This document shows, one piece after another, positions 29,538 through 37,478 of a DNA stretch of 64,000 nt. A program made the translations under genes and the position numbers. The DNA is from a virus. The DNA lies in IMG/VR virus record IMGVR_UViG_3300046507_000506, positions 1 through 64,000 of that record; one strand, written 5' to 3'. Each line of letters starts with the position of its first letter. Within the stretch, counting starts at the first letter, position 1. The notes under the pieces were generated by a model. That model had not been told where the DNA came from and did not search any database. It saw nothing but the letters and a program-made list of their open reading frames with translations.

Positions 29538-32468
29538 TCAATAGCGCTTGATGCGGTAACGCTTGAACGCGTTGGTCGTGATTCGCTGAGACGGTGTTTC
29601 GACCACGATGTTGCTGGCCGGTACGTTCAGCGCAATCGTGGACGTCCAGCTTAGGAAGCCCTTTTTGCGATCCTCCGTCGCGCAGTAGTTTCGCAGCTCA
29701 TCGCCGCTCGCGTCCGCGTTGCAGTAGTTCAGGCTGTAGACGTCGAAAACGTGCTTCGCGCGCAGCGTCATCAGCTGCTCGTTGACCTCCTTGGAGAACG
29801 CAAGCGAGTCCGCGTCTGTGAGCTTGAAATAAGCCCCGGTGTTCTCATTCCATCCCGTCAGCCACGACTCGAACATCACGCCCGAACACGACTGGATATA
29901 GTTGTTCAGGTTCGAGAATCCCCGGTTTGAAATCAGCTTCGTGCCGGTTCGCGCCTTCAGGTTGTTCACGAGCGCAGCCATCGCGTCGCCCATCTGCGGA
30001 TACACGTCGGCATCGTCAGGCGTGTCCATGAAAATGCCGTTCATGCGGTGCCCCTTGCGGGTGTACGAAATCAGCAAGGTCTGATTCGCCGTCACCGCAG
30101 GCGTGATGCCCGCATTGAACACAAAGGCTCCCGTCTTCATGTCCATCGTGTAGTCCGCATTCTTGCGATAGATGCCCGTCACGCCATCGAGCGTGGTGAG
30201 GGTGATATCCGCGTCCGCATCAATCGGGAATTGCGCCGTATCGAACACGAGCACCGGACCTGATGAAATCGTGGCCGCCTTGACCGTGACCGCCTCGTTT
30301 GTCACGACGACCGGGCCTCCGAGCACGGTCGGCACGTAGTAGCTCATGATGCGATCCAGCCACGACGGCTTGCCCGCGTCCGCGTAGTACGCCGCCCACA
30401 CGCCATTCTGATCGGGCACGGTCGGATTGGCGATGCTGAAGTCCTGCATGTAGCCGCCATCGACCTGTTGATATTTCGGGCACTTGGTGCCCGTTTGCAG
30501 TTGGTGGATGGGCTTGTAGCTTGGGCAGGTTGCGTTCGTGCAGGCGGTGTTCGCATCCGGCCGCTGCCATTTGTTCGCCGACGTGAAGCCCGCACCGCAA
30601 GCGCCACCGGTTGAAAACGCCAGATACCCGTTCAGGCTGTCGAAGCTACAGGCCGCGCTGCAACGGCCGGTTCCCATGAAGTACATAGGTTGGGCCTGCG
30701 CACAGGTCTTGGTGCCCGCCACGGCCTGATTGTCGAATGTGCACTCGGTGCATTCGCGACCCTGATACCCGCCCTTCATGTAGTAGCTGGCATTGCCACC
30801 CGGCCCGCCACCATCGCCGACATAAGGCGCATTGGCCGAAAGGAAGTCGTACCGGTTCGAGTAGAAACCATCCTCCTCGCCTATCGAGATATAGCCGTAC
30901 ACCTCGATACCCATTGCCTGCCACGCCAGCACGTCGGCCGCGCGCGCCGCAAACGGATCGACAATCAGAATGTCGTACTGCGCGAGGGTATCGGCATAGC
31001 CCGGCTGGTAGCACACGGCATAGGTCGGAAAGCGCTCAAGCACCTCGGTGTATGCGATGTTGCTGTTCTGCCGCACGACCGCGCCGGACGAATCGAGCGC
31101 ACCCGCCACCGGCGCATCGTAGGAAAGCGAATAGCCATCGTCCGCCACATTGACCACCGGCAGCGCATACGGCTGCTGCGCATTGGCAACGATGTTCACC
31201 GTCTCGGTGATCTGCGAATAGAACGCGCTCGCGGTCCAGCTTGCCGAGACAAAAATCACGAACTTTTTGCTCGTCGTGCTCTGGCGTAACACGCAGGTAT
31301 TCGTGCCGGTCGCGGGCCATCCCGAAATCGTTGCGGTGAAAAGCTGATCCTGATTTGCATTACATGACACGGTCCCCATGAGGGTGCCGTTACCGTCATA
31401 GACGTTGAAAATCCCGTAGCCGAAATCCTGCTCGACCGTGATCGACAACGATGAACCGGTGAAGGTAAAGGAAAGCTGGTTCGACGCGCTCCCGGCTGCA
31501 TTGTTGTAGATACGCGTCACGCCGCCGGGCGCGGCCGTGTCCTTTGACCATGCACCCGTCGCGGTGATCGCGGAACTGTCCGCCGCCATTGTCACATTGA
31601 CGGCCTGGCTGATCGTTCCATTCGGGTCTTGATACAGCGCCGAGAGCGCGAGCGGAAACACCTTCTGCCCGCTGACTTCGTCGCCGGTGAAAGCGGGCAT
31701 GATGACCTGATGCACCGGCGCGCCGTCATTGAGCACGGCCGCGCTGGTTGGAGCGAGCGCAGCATTGTTCGCATCCACCACCGTGGCCGGATAGGTGAGC
31801 GAGACATTGGTAATCGCCTTGCCGCTGCGATTGACGAGGCTCAGCGTCTGCTGGTTCTGCACGAGCTTTTTGCTCGACGGCACAATCCAGACAGCGTCCT
31901 GCACGAGGTCACGGCTCTGGAAGCTGTACGTCTTGTAGCCTGCGAGCGCGAGATACGCCTCGCCGGTGCCGTTCGCATAGATCACGCAGGTATGCGGACC
32001 ATTGCTCAGGCCGTCGGCCACGAGCACATCAGCGTAGTCCGGCCCGTCTAGCTGGTAGGTTGCCGAGTCGCAGGAAACCGTGTTCGCGTAGCCAAGAATG
32101 CCGCTGATGGTCGAGGGCTGTACGCCGTCGATAAAGACCTTATGCGCGGTCCCCCATCCAAAGTCCGTATTCAGACGCAGCACGAGCGTTGTGCCGGTGA
32201 AATGGATTGTGACCGCACCCTTCAGACAGAAGGCGCGCTTTTCCTGCAACGTCGTCGGGATTGTGTTCGGGCCGCTGTCGCGCACCCAGTCGCTTGTCCC
32301 GACGTTCGTGCTCGGCGGAATGGTGAAATTGCCACTCGATAGCGAGACGCTGGCGTCATCAATGCTGGCCCACTGGGAGCGGTTATCACGGTAGTTCGTA
32401 CCAACGCCGTCCCACGTCTGACTGCTCTGGATCAACACCGCATCGGTGTATTTTACGAGCGCTGCCAT
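29538..32468 (-). CDS. Modular depolymerase: N-terminal CBM-like domains plus GH114/GH166 (PelA-like) barrel with two insertions
   Basis: YDILIVDP, YGYISIGE, GIFMDTPD, ISNRGF, GVMFES, VYSLNY motifs. Confidence 0.8.
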   Translation of the reverse strand: MAALVKYTDAVLIQSSQTWDGVGTNYRDNRSQWASIDDASVSLSSGNFTIPPSTNVGTSDWVRDSGPNTIPTTLQEKRAFCLKGAVTIHFTGTTLVLRLNTDFGWGTAHKVFIDGVQPSTISGILGYANTVSCDSATYQLDGPDYADVLVADGLSNGPHTCVIYANGTGEAYLALAGYKTYSFQSRDLVQDAVWIVPSSKKLVQNQQTLSLVNRSGKAITNVSLTYPATVVDANNAALAPTSAAVLNDGAPVHQVIMPAFTGDEVSGQKVFPLALSALYQDPNGTISQAVNVTMAADSSAITATGAWSKDTAAPGGVTRIYNNAAGSASNQLSFTFTGSSLSITVEQDFGYGIFNVYDGNGTLMGTVSCNANQDQLFTATISGWPATGTNTCVLRQSTTSKKFVIFVSASWTASAFYSQITETVNIVANAQQPYALPVVNVADDGYSLSYDAPVAGALDSSGAVVRQNSNIAYTEVLERFPTYAVCYQPGYADTLAQYDILIVDPFAARAADVLAWQAMGIEVYGYISIGEEDGFYSNRYDFLSANAPYVGDGGGPGGNASYYMKGGYQGRECTECTFDNQAVAGTKTCAQAQPMYFMGTGRCSAACSFDSLNGYLAFSTGGACGAGFTSANKWQRPDANTACTNATCPSYKPIHQLQTGTKCPKYQQVDGGYMQDFSIANPTVPDQNGVWAAYYADAGKPSWLDRIMSYYVPTVLGGPVVVTNEAVTVKAATISSGPVLVFDTAQFPIDADADITLTTLDGVTGIYRKNADYTMDMKTGAFVFNAGITPAVTANQTLLISYTRKGHRMNGIFMDTPDDADVYPQMGDAMAALVNNLKARTGTKLISNRGFSNLNNYIQSCSGVMFESWLTGWNENTGAYFKLTDADSLAFSKEVNEQLMTLRAKHVFDVYSLNYCNADASGDELRNYCATEDRKKGFLSWTSTIALNVPASNIVVETPSQRITTNAFKRYRIKRY

Positions 32469-33079
32469 TACTGAATCCCAAGGAGCTTGATTTCCACATC
32501 CAGCGTCATTGGGTTGGCATCAATGTTCGTGACGAGCACAAACAGATTGCCGGACGCAAGCGGCGGAATGAAAAAGGAGGCGTTGTCGATAAAGGCCGGA
32601 TCGGTGATCCCGCTCGACCGGTAGAGCAGCGCACCGGCCGCGCTGCCGTCATAAAACTCCAGTTCGTAGTTCTGGTTGCCGACGGTCTGATTGGTCGCCT
32701 TCACCTGCAACACGAACGAACCGAACGCCGTGCCCACGGCGAGCGTTGCATTGGCTGTTGCGCCAACGGCGGCAGCAACCGCGATAGACGGCGGCGCGAG
32801 CGTGCGCGATGCCACGCCCTCCGTTGCGGTCGAGGCCGCAAGTTGGGCGGCGGCGGCACTGTCAGAAGCCTGTTGCGCGCTTGTCGATGCGTGGCCCTCC
32901 GACGTGGATGCAGCTTGGGCGGCAGCTTCGGCGGCGGCAGCAGAGGCAGCGGCATCGCCGATCTGACCCAACGCCGTCGTCGCGGTCTGCGCAGCGTCCG
33001 TCGCCTGCGCGACAAGCGCTTTCATCGTCTTGGAAATGCCCGTAAGCTGCCAGAGCTTTATCCACTCGCCATAGTTCAT
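32468..33079 (-). CDS. Putative tailspike adaptor protein (Ala-rich coil plus beta domain)
   Basis: MNYGEWIKLWQLTGISKTMKALVAQA N-terminus shared with 28678-29100. Confidence 0.65.
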   Translation of the reverse strand: MNYGEWIKLWQLTGISKTMKALVAQATDAAQTATTALGQIGDAAASAAAAEAAAQAASTSEGHASTSAQQASDSAAAAQLAASTATEGVASRTLAPPSIAVAAAVGATANATLAVGTAFGSFVLQVKATNQTVGNQNYELEFYDGSAAGALLYRSSGITDPAFIDNASFFIPPLASGNLFVLVTNIDANPMTLDVEIKLLGIQ

Positions 33080-33270
33080 TGCTTCACCCAGGCGCTTTCG
33101 CTGGTCATGCCCATCGCGGTGAAGGTGTAGGTCTTCTTGAACTTCGTCACGCCGTCCGGTGCCGTGACGGTGTCGCTGTCCATCTGCCCGTCAGGACCGT
33201 TGTACGTGTAGTCGTGCTTGCACAGTTCCGTGTCGATAAACCCGGCTGTCGCGTCATAGATAATTGCCAC
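33076..33270 (-). CDS. Small virion-associated protein
   Basis: First gene after late promoter; ATGA overlap. Confidence 0.6.
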   Translation of the reverse strand: MAIIYDATAGFIDTELCKHDYTYNGPDGQMDSDTVTAPDGVTKFKKTYTFTAMGMTSESAWVKQ

Positions 33271-33298
33271 GGAATGCCCCTATAGATACCGTGCGTCG

Positions 33299-33339
33299 AT
33301 TATCAGAGGGCAAGGCGGCGCGGGCGGGCGTGCTTTTCC
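33299..33339 (-). promoter_or_regulatory. Late promoter motif GGAAAA-N29-GATAAT
   Basis: Fixed spacing. Confidence 0.7.
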
Positions 33340-33346
33340 GAGGAGC

Positions 33347-33532
33347 TTATTCGAGCGCGGTTTTCACGAGCACCGCGAGGCGTAGATACTCGCCTACCCA
33401 CTTCGGGAACCTCTGCGCGCCCATCCATCGCGAAACGGTCGTCGGATCGACGCCGAGGCGGCGCGCGAACTCTGCTTGCGTCCATCCAAGCGTGGCGAGA
33501 GAATGGGAAAAGTCGGCTGTTTTCATAGCCAT
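33347..33532 (-). CDS. Small XRE-family HTH protein
   Basis: LGWTQAEFARRLGVDPTTVSRW. Confidence 0.8.
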   Translation of the reverse strand: MAMKTADFSHSLATLGWTQAEFARRLGVDPTTVSRWMGAQRFPKWVGEYLRLAVLVKTALE

Positions 33533-33595
33533 GATCTTAGCAAAATGCAGAGCTTTGCGCGGGTCAGTATCTGCATTTTGCAGATTGGAGGGTTT

Positions 33596-33844
33596 ATGGA
33601 CTTACCGCAAGCTGATGGCGCTGACCCGGCCACCGTTTTCACGGCCGCACTTGCCGCCCTGTTCAGCACACACCCCGATCCTGCGGCCCTCCTGAAGGCT
33701 TGGGAGCCCGTCGCCACGTCCATCCCCCTGATGATGCTGAAGAACGGCGCTACGGACGTGCACGCGAATGCAAACGTGGTGATCGCGCAGGCACTGCTCC
33801 ATATCGCGCGAGTGAATGCAGGCGCGCCGCCACCTGTTGACTAG
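33596..33844 (+). CDS. Hypothetical protein (start MDLPQ)
   Basis: GGAGG RBS. Confidence 0.6.
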   Translation: MDLPQADGADPATVFTAALAALFSTHPDPAALLKAWEPVATSIPLMMLKNGATDVHANANVVIAQALLHIARVNAGAPPPVD

Positions 33845-33865
33845 GAAACCCGCGCTTCATACACT
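33837..33865 (+). promoter_or_regulatory. Sigma70 promoter TTGACT-17-TACACT driving the RNA array
   Basis: Predicted +1 (~33872) coincides with first base of first stem. Confidence 0.7.
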
Positions 33866-33871
33866 GGCGAC

Positions 33872-34648
33872 GCTTTCACACATGGCGGCTTGGTGCAGTA
33901 AGAGCCTGCCCCGCCAGTGCCAGCCGGTCGCGCGAGCGACGTATGCGGATAGCCGCCATTGTGAAAGCCGCTCCCATGCGGTCCAGTTAGCAAGTCGCCT
34001 TGTGCCGCTTGTCCGCATCGCTGCAATGGGAGCACCTTCAGCACGGCCGTAGCTCAGTTGGTAGAGCGCCCCTCGTATGGGGAGAGAAGTAGTCGCGAAA
34101 TGGCGGTAGCGCCCGCGCGACGATCTTCCGGTATCGGCCGGTACGCGCGCGGGTTCGAATCCCGTCGGCCGTGCTGAGGGTGAATGGTGGACGTGAAACT
34201 ATGTCCCTTACTTTGCATGCACTGACCTGCCTCTGACTGTACTGCGAATCAGACCGAGTCATCATTCACTCTCAACAGATGCGGAACCGTGGGCGGCGGT
34301 GAGTCAGTAGGGAAAGCGTCGATTGAACGATGTAGCGTTCGGCGCGGAGCCCGAAAGCAATAGACCGTGCGAGTGGTCGAGCATGCCGTTAAAGCGCAAG
34401 GTTCTGGCGCATGAGCAGGGGAAGGGCCTGCACTCTCACGCATGGCGATCGGTGGAGTACCGTTCAAGAAATCGTCAGTTCCGTGCGCTTGCGGAACCAG
34501 TCGCCATGACGTGAGAGTGATCGGATAGTGGAAAGCGCAGGCGTCACAGCCGTCTAGCAGGGTTCGATACCGTGCCCTTTCACTCTCAACGCGCGGCCTG
34601 TAAGGGTTGTACCGGCCAGCCAGTGACCCCTTAAAAGGTCCGCCGCGC
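33872..34648 (+). ncRNA. Polycistronic array of ~8 stem-closed structured RNAs
   Basis: Units 33872-33968, 33970-34033, 34035-34180, 34180-34269, 34279-34412, 34431-34519, 34512-34588, 34591-34648, each closed by ~9-18 bp stems; no credible ORF. Confidence 0.75.
34043..34173 (+). tRNA. Non-canonical tRNA-like element (Thr-CGT-like loop, 66-nt extra region, no encoded CCA)
   Basis: Acceptor ACGGCCG/CGGCCGT, D-arm GCTC-AGTTGGTA-GAGC, T-arm GCGGG-TTCGAAT-CCCGT. Confidence 0.7.
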
Positions 34649-34672
34649 ACCCTTCCCCCTCACACCACCACC

Positions 34673-35155
34673 ATGACATTTCCCTTCCGCGATACCGAAG
34701 CGGCGCTAATGGCCGCCGAAATTCGAGAGCAGATTTACGAGGATTTCCGTTCGGTTGTGGGCACGAATGAGCCCAAGCCTTATACACCGCCCGCGCCGAT
34801 GCCGACATACGAGGAAATGACCGAGCAGTTGCATCGCGCGGCGAATCCCACGCCTGCCGACGTGGCGGCGCGCATGCTCAACCAGCAAGCGCAATCCGGT
34901 GCACCGCCTTGGTCTTGGGAATGGGTGATGGGCGAACCGCTATGGCTCGAAATGCGCCGGGCAATGAAGCGCGTGAAGCGTGAAGCGCCCGCGTATGCGC
35001 CGCTGCCGGAAAGCGTCACCAAGCCGGAAGTGCTCGACCTGGTAGACCTGCGCGACGCTGGCTATGAGTTGTTGGACGTGACAGCCGACGGCGTTGTTAC
35101 GCTGCGCTCGCCCCATACCGTGCGAGCCGTCTACATGACTGCGACCATTCGCTAG
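34673..35155 (+). CDS. Hypothetical protein co-transcribed with the RNA array
   Basis: Only ORF between array and terminator; no clear SD. Confidence 0.55.
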   Translation: MTFPFRDTEAALMAAEIREQIYEDFRSVVGTNEPKPYTPPAPMPTYEEMTEQLHRAANPTPADVAARMLNQQAQSGAPPWSWEWVMGEPLWLEMRRAMKRVKREAPAYAPLPESVTKPEVLDLVDLRDAGYELLDVTADGVVTLRSPHTVRAVYMTATIR

Positions 35156-35174
35156 TGATCGCGCCAAGCCAACG

Positions 35175-35204
35175 AAAAGGCCCGGCATTGCGTCCGGGCC
35201 TTTT
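35175..35204. terminator. Bidirectional intrinsic terminator
   Basis: AAAAGGCCCGG...CCGGGCCTTTT between convergent genes. Confidence 0.85.
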
Positions 35205-35213
35205 CACATTCCG

Positions 35214-35612
35214 CTAGATCGGGTGATTCTTTACGAGGTATTCGCTCGCCTCGTCTACCGTATCAAACTCAGCGAGCACAACGTAATCCTCATCCGGGCG
35301 TTGCGGCATTCGCGCCAGCTTGACCTTGGGCACGTCCATGATGATGGTCGGACGCTGGCGACCGCGCAGATAGTCCGCCTGCAACGCCTCTGCCAGTATG
35401 CAAGCCTCATCATAGGTATCGACCATGCCGAGGTATGTGGGCCGGTCCCACGCGCCGCCGTTCAGGCATCGGACCTCGATCTTTCCATCGTCTCGCGTTA
35501 CGCCGTAAGGATGATCCCACCAGGCATCAAGCTCGGCTTTGCTGCGCTCCTCATTGGGCGTGGCGTCGAACATTTCCGGCAGGTCTGGATCAAGGGGAAT
35601 GCGGTTGGGCAT
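35214..35612 (-). CDS. Hypothetical protein
   Basis: AAGGAG RBS; VRCLNGGAWDRPT motif. Confidence 0.75.
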   Translation of the reverse strand: MPNRIPLDPDLPEMFDATPNEERSKAELDAWWDHPYGVTRDDGKIEVRCLNGGAWDRPTYLGMVDTYDEACILAEALQADYLRGRQRPTIIMDVPKVKLARMPQRPDEDYVVLAEFDTVDEASEYLVKNHPI

Positions 35613-35654
35613 GGCGGCTCCTTTTGTGGTGTCCCGCCATTGTGCCGCAACCGC

Positions 35655-36008
35655 TCACCTTCTACCTATACCGCGCATCTGCTTGCGCTTGCGACGGTCC
35701 TGATTCACGCGGGCATTGAACAGCGCCCGCGCCTGCTTTTCACGCCACACGTTCTCGCGTCGCAGCCGCGCCGTCTCGCGCCGGTAGCTGTCGTCATAGA
35801 CCGGCTCGCACTCCTGCTCGAATCGCGCCGGGTAGCGCGTGCGCACGAGGGCGTCGAGGTCAAGCGCGGGCGGCTCGTCTTTGGGCAGGAGCACGCGCGC
35901 GCCGCAATCCTGCACGATGACGTTCGCCACCTCATGCGCGAGCGCAAGGGCCAGCGCACGGCCAGCCGCGCCGCCCGTAAAGATGATGACGCCGCAGCCC
36001 CTGCTCAC
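35655..36008 (-). CDS. Hypothetical protein
   Basis: GTGA coupling. Confidence 0.55.
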   Translation of the reverse strand: MSRGCGVIIFTGGAAGRALALALAHEVANVIVQDCGARVLLPKDEPPALDLDALVRTRYPARFEQECEPVYDDSYRRETARLRRENVWREKQARALFNARVNQDRRKRKQMRGIGRR

Positions 36009-36310
36009 GCCCTGCCCTCGCGCCCCGCGCCGAACCCGATCAGCAGCAGGAACACCACGAGCGCGAGCACGCGCAATGCGCTATCGGCGGTGAAGGGTTG
36101 GCCGGGCTCGCCGATACCCTTGATCGCCGCGATGACGGCCAGAACGATGATGGCGATTGCGAGTGTGCGGCGGCCTGACCTGCACACGAAGCGGCCGACA
36201 ACGCACGCCGCCGCGAGCATCCATTCAGCCAGGACAATGAACGCCTTGCCGAGATAGGCACACATCACCCATACGACGTACCAAAATAACTCTTTGACCT
36301 GATCTTTCAT
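36005..36310 (-). CDS. Membrane protein
   Basis: Three hydrophobic segments; AAGGA RBS. Confidence 0.6.
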   Translation of the reverse strand: MKDQVKELFWYVVWVMCAYLGKAFIVLAEWMLAAACVVGRFVCRSGRRTLAIAIIVLAVIAAIKGIGEPGQPFTADSALRVLALVVFLLLIGFGAGREGRA

Positions 36311-36504
36311 TGCACTTCCTTCTGTAATGCCCGCAGGTGGGCGAGTTGATTCGACACGAGCGAGTGACGCGTTTCGAGCCAGTTGTTGTACTGCTCGATG
36401 CGGTTCGCCTTGCGCTTATGGCGCAGACAGTCAAATTCCGCCCACACCCATCCGGCGATAGCAAACGCGAGCATGACTGCGAGGGCGATACTCAGTGTCG
36501 TCAT
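36307..36504 (-). CDS. Small membrane-anchored protein
   Basis: N-terminal TM helix. Confidence 0.6.
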   Translation of the reverse strand: MTTLSIALAVMLAFAIAGWVWAEFDCLRHKRKANRIEQYNNWLETRHSLVSNQLAHLRALQKEVQ

Positions 36505-36598
36505 TCCTTATCTCCCTGTTTGCGCGGCTGTTGAGCGGCGAACGGATTGCAGGCATGCGCCATCACCTGCCAGAAAAGCACCCATGCGGTGTACGGAT

Positions 36599-36952
36599 TC
36601 AGGCCCATGCGCGCCACTCCATCACGGCCACAACCCAACACACCTTGCAAAACAGGTGGATGGCTTGGTCGGCATTCAGCGAAATGCGCTTCTGGCACTT
36701 CGCATGATCGACATAGGCATGAATCACCGCCTCCAACAGAGCGAGCGCAATCGAGCCAGTGAAAAGCGCGACGAATGCGGCATGAATGAACGCGTGCGCC
36801 GCCAGTGCGTGAGGCCAGAACAGCTTGCCGAGAGCGCTATTGCGGTCCTTTGCCGTCGCGAGGAAATCGCCTTGCAGCGGATAGTCGGCGAGGAAATGCC
36901 CCGCCACGAGCCAGAACAGCATGACGGCGGGCGTGAGGTGCAGGTCGATCAT
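36599..36952 (-). CDS. DUF3307 membrane protein
   Basis: GHFLADYPLQ, HAFIH, HAYVD, DQAIH. Confidence 0.85.
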   Translation of the reverse strand: MIDLHLTPAVMLFWLVAGHFLADYPLQGDFLATAKDRNSALGKLFWPHALAAHAFIHAAFVALFTGSIALALLEAVIHAYVDHAKCQKRISLNADQAIHLFCKVCWVVAVMEWRAWA

Positions 36953-37476
36953 TTCGCCTCCAGTTCGGCAACACGCGCGCGCAGGCGGGCAATCTCGGAA
37001 ACGCGGTCGCGCCAGCCGGGAATGAACTCATCCAGTTCGCTGGTTCCGAAGCCACCGCGACAGTTACGCCCGGCCAGGTCGATCAGGGCCGGTTGCGGGC
37101 TCCACCGTTTGCAATATGCGTCGTAGGCTTCAAGGTGGAGCGACCAAGGGATGCCCGGCGTATAGCCCTGTACCGGCGCGCGCTTTTCGGACACTGCCGC
37201 GCTCATCGCATCGCCGCGAGCCGCGCGGAAAGCCTCCTCACGAGCAAGGAAGGTGAAGTGCGGCCACGCCTTGCGGATCGCATCGGAGCGCGCCGCCGCG
37301 CGGCCCTTCTCCTCTACGAAGTCTTCCGGCAGGTTGCACGAAGCCTCGCCGCGCTCGGTCCAGCCGTTGTCAAACCTCAGTTCGCAAAGCGTGGTGCGGC
37401 CATCCGGGCGCGTTTCGTATGCGCTCGATACGATGCGCGCCTCGATCATGTGGAGTGTGATGCGTTGGATTTTCAT
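36949..37476 (-). CDS. Phage gp49/66-family (Acb4-like) domain fused to a second small domain
   Basis: TTLCELRFDNGWTERGEASC..PEDF..EKGR..A...A..KAW pattern; C-terminal IPW...RGGFG..EL. Confidence 0.6.
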   Translation of the reverse strand: MKIQRITLHMIEARIVSSAYETRPDGRTTLCELRFDNGWTERGEASCNLPEDFVEEKGRAAARSDAIRKAWPHFTFLAREEAFRAARGDAMSAAVSEKRAPVQGYTPGIPWSLHLEAYDAYCKRWSPQPALIDLAGRNCRGGFGTSELDEFIPGWRDRVSEIARLRARVAELEAK

Positions 37477-37478
37477 GA

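Noticed and set aside
33347-33844. Toxin-antitoxin pair
   Set aside because: Genes are divergent and the partner has no recognisable toxin motif.
34069-34148. tRNA intron
   Set aside because: Too short for a group I intron; no excision restores a 5-bp anticodon stem.
33872-34648. CRISPR array or retron interpretation of the RNA cluster
   Set aside because: No identical repeats with regular spacers, and no cas or reverse transcriptase gene in the window.
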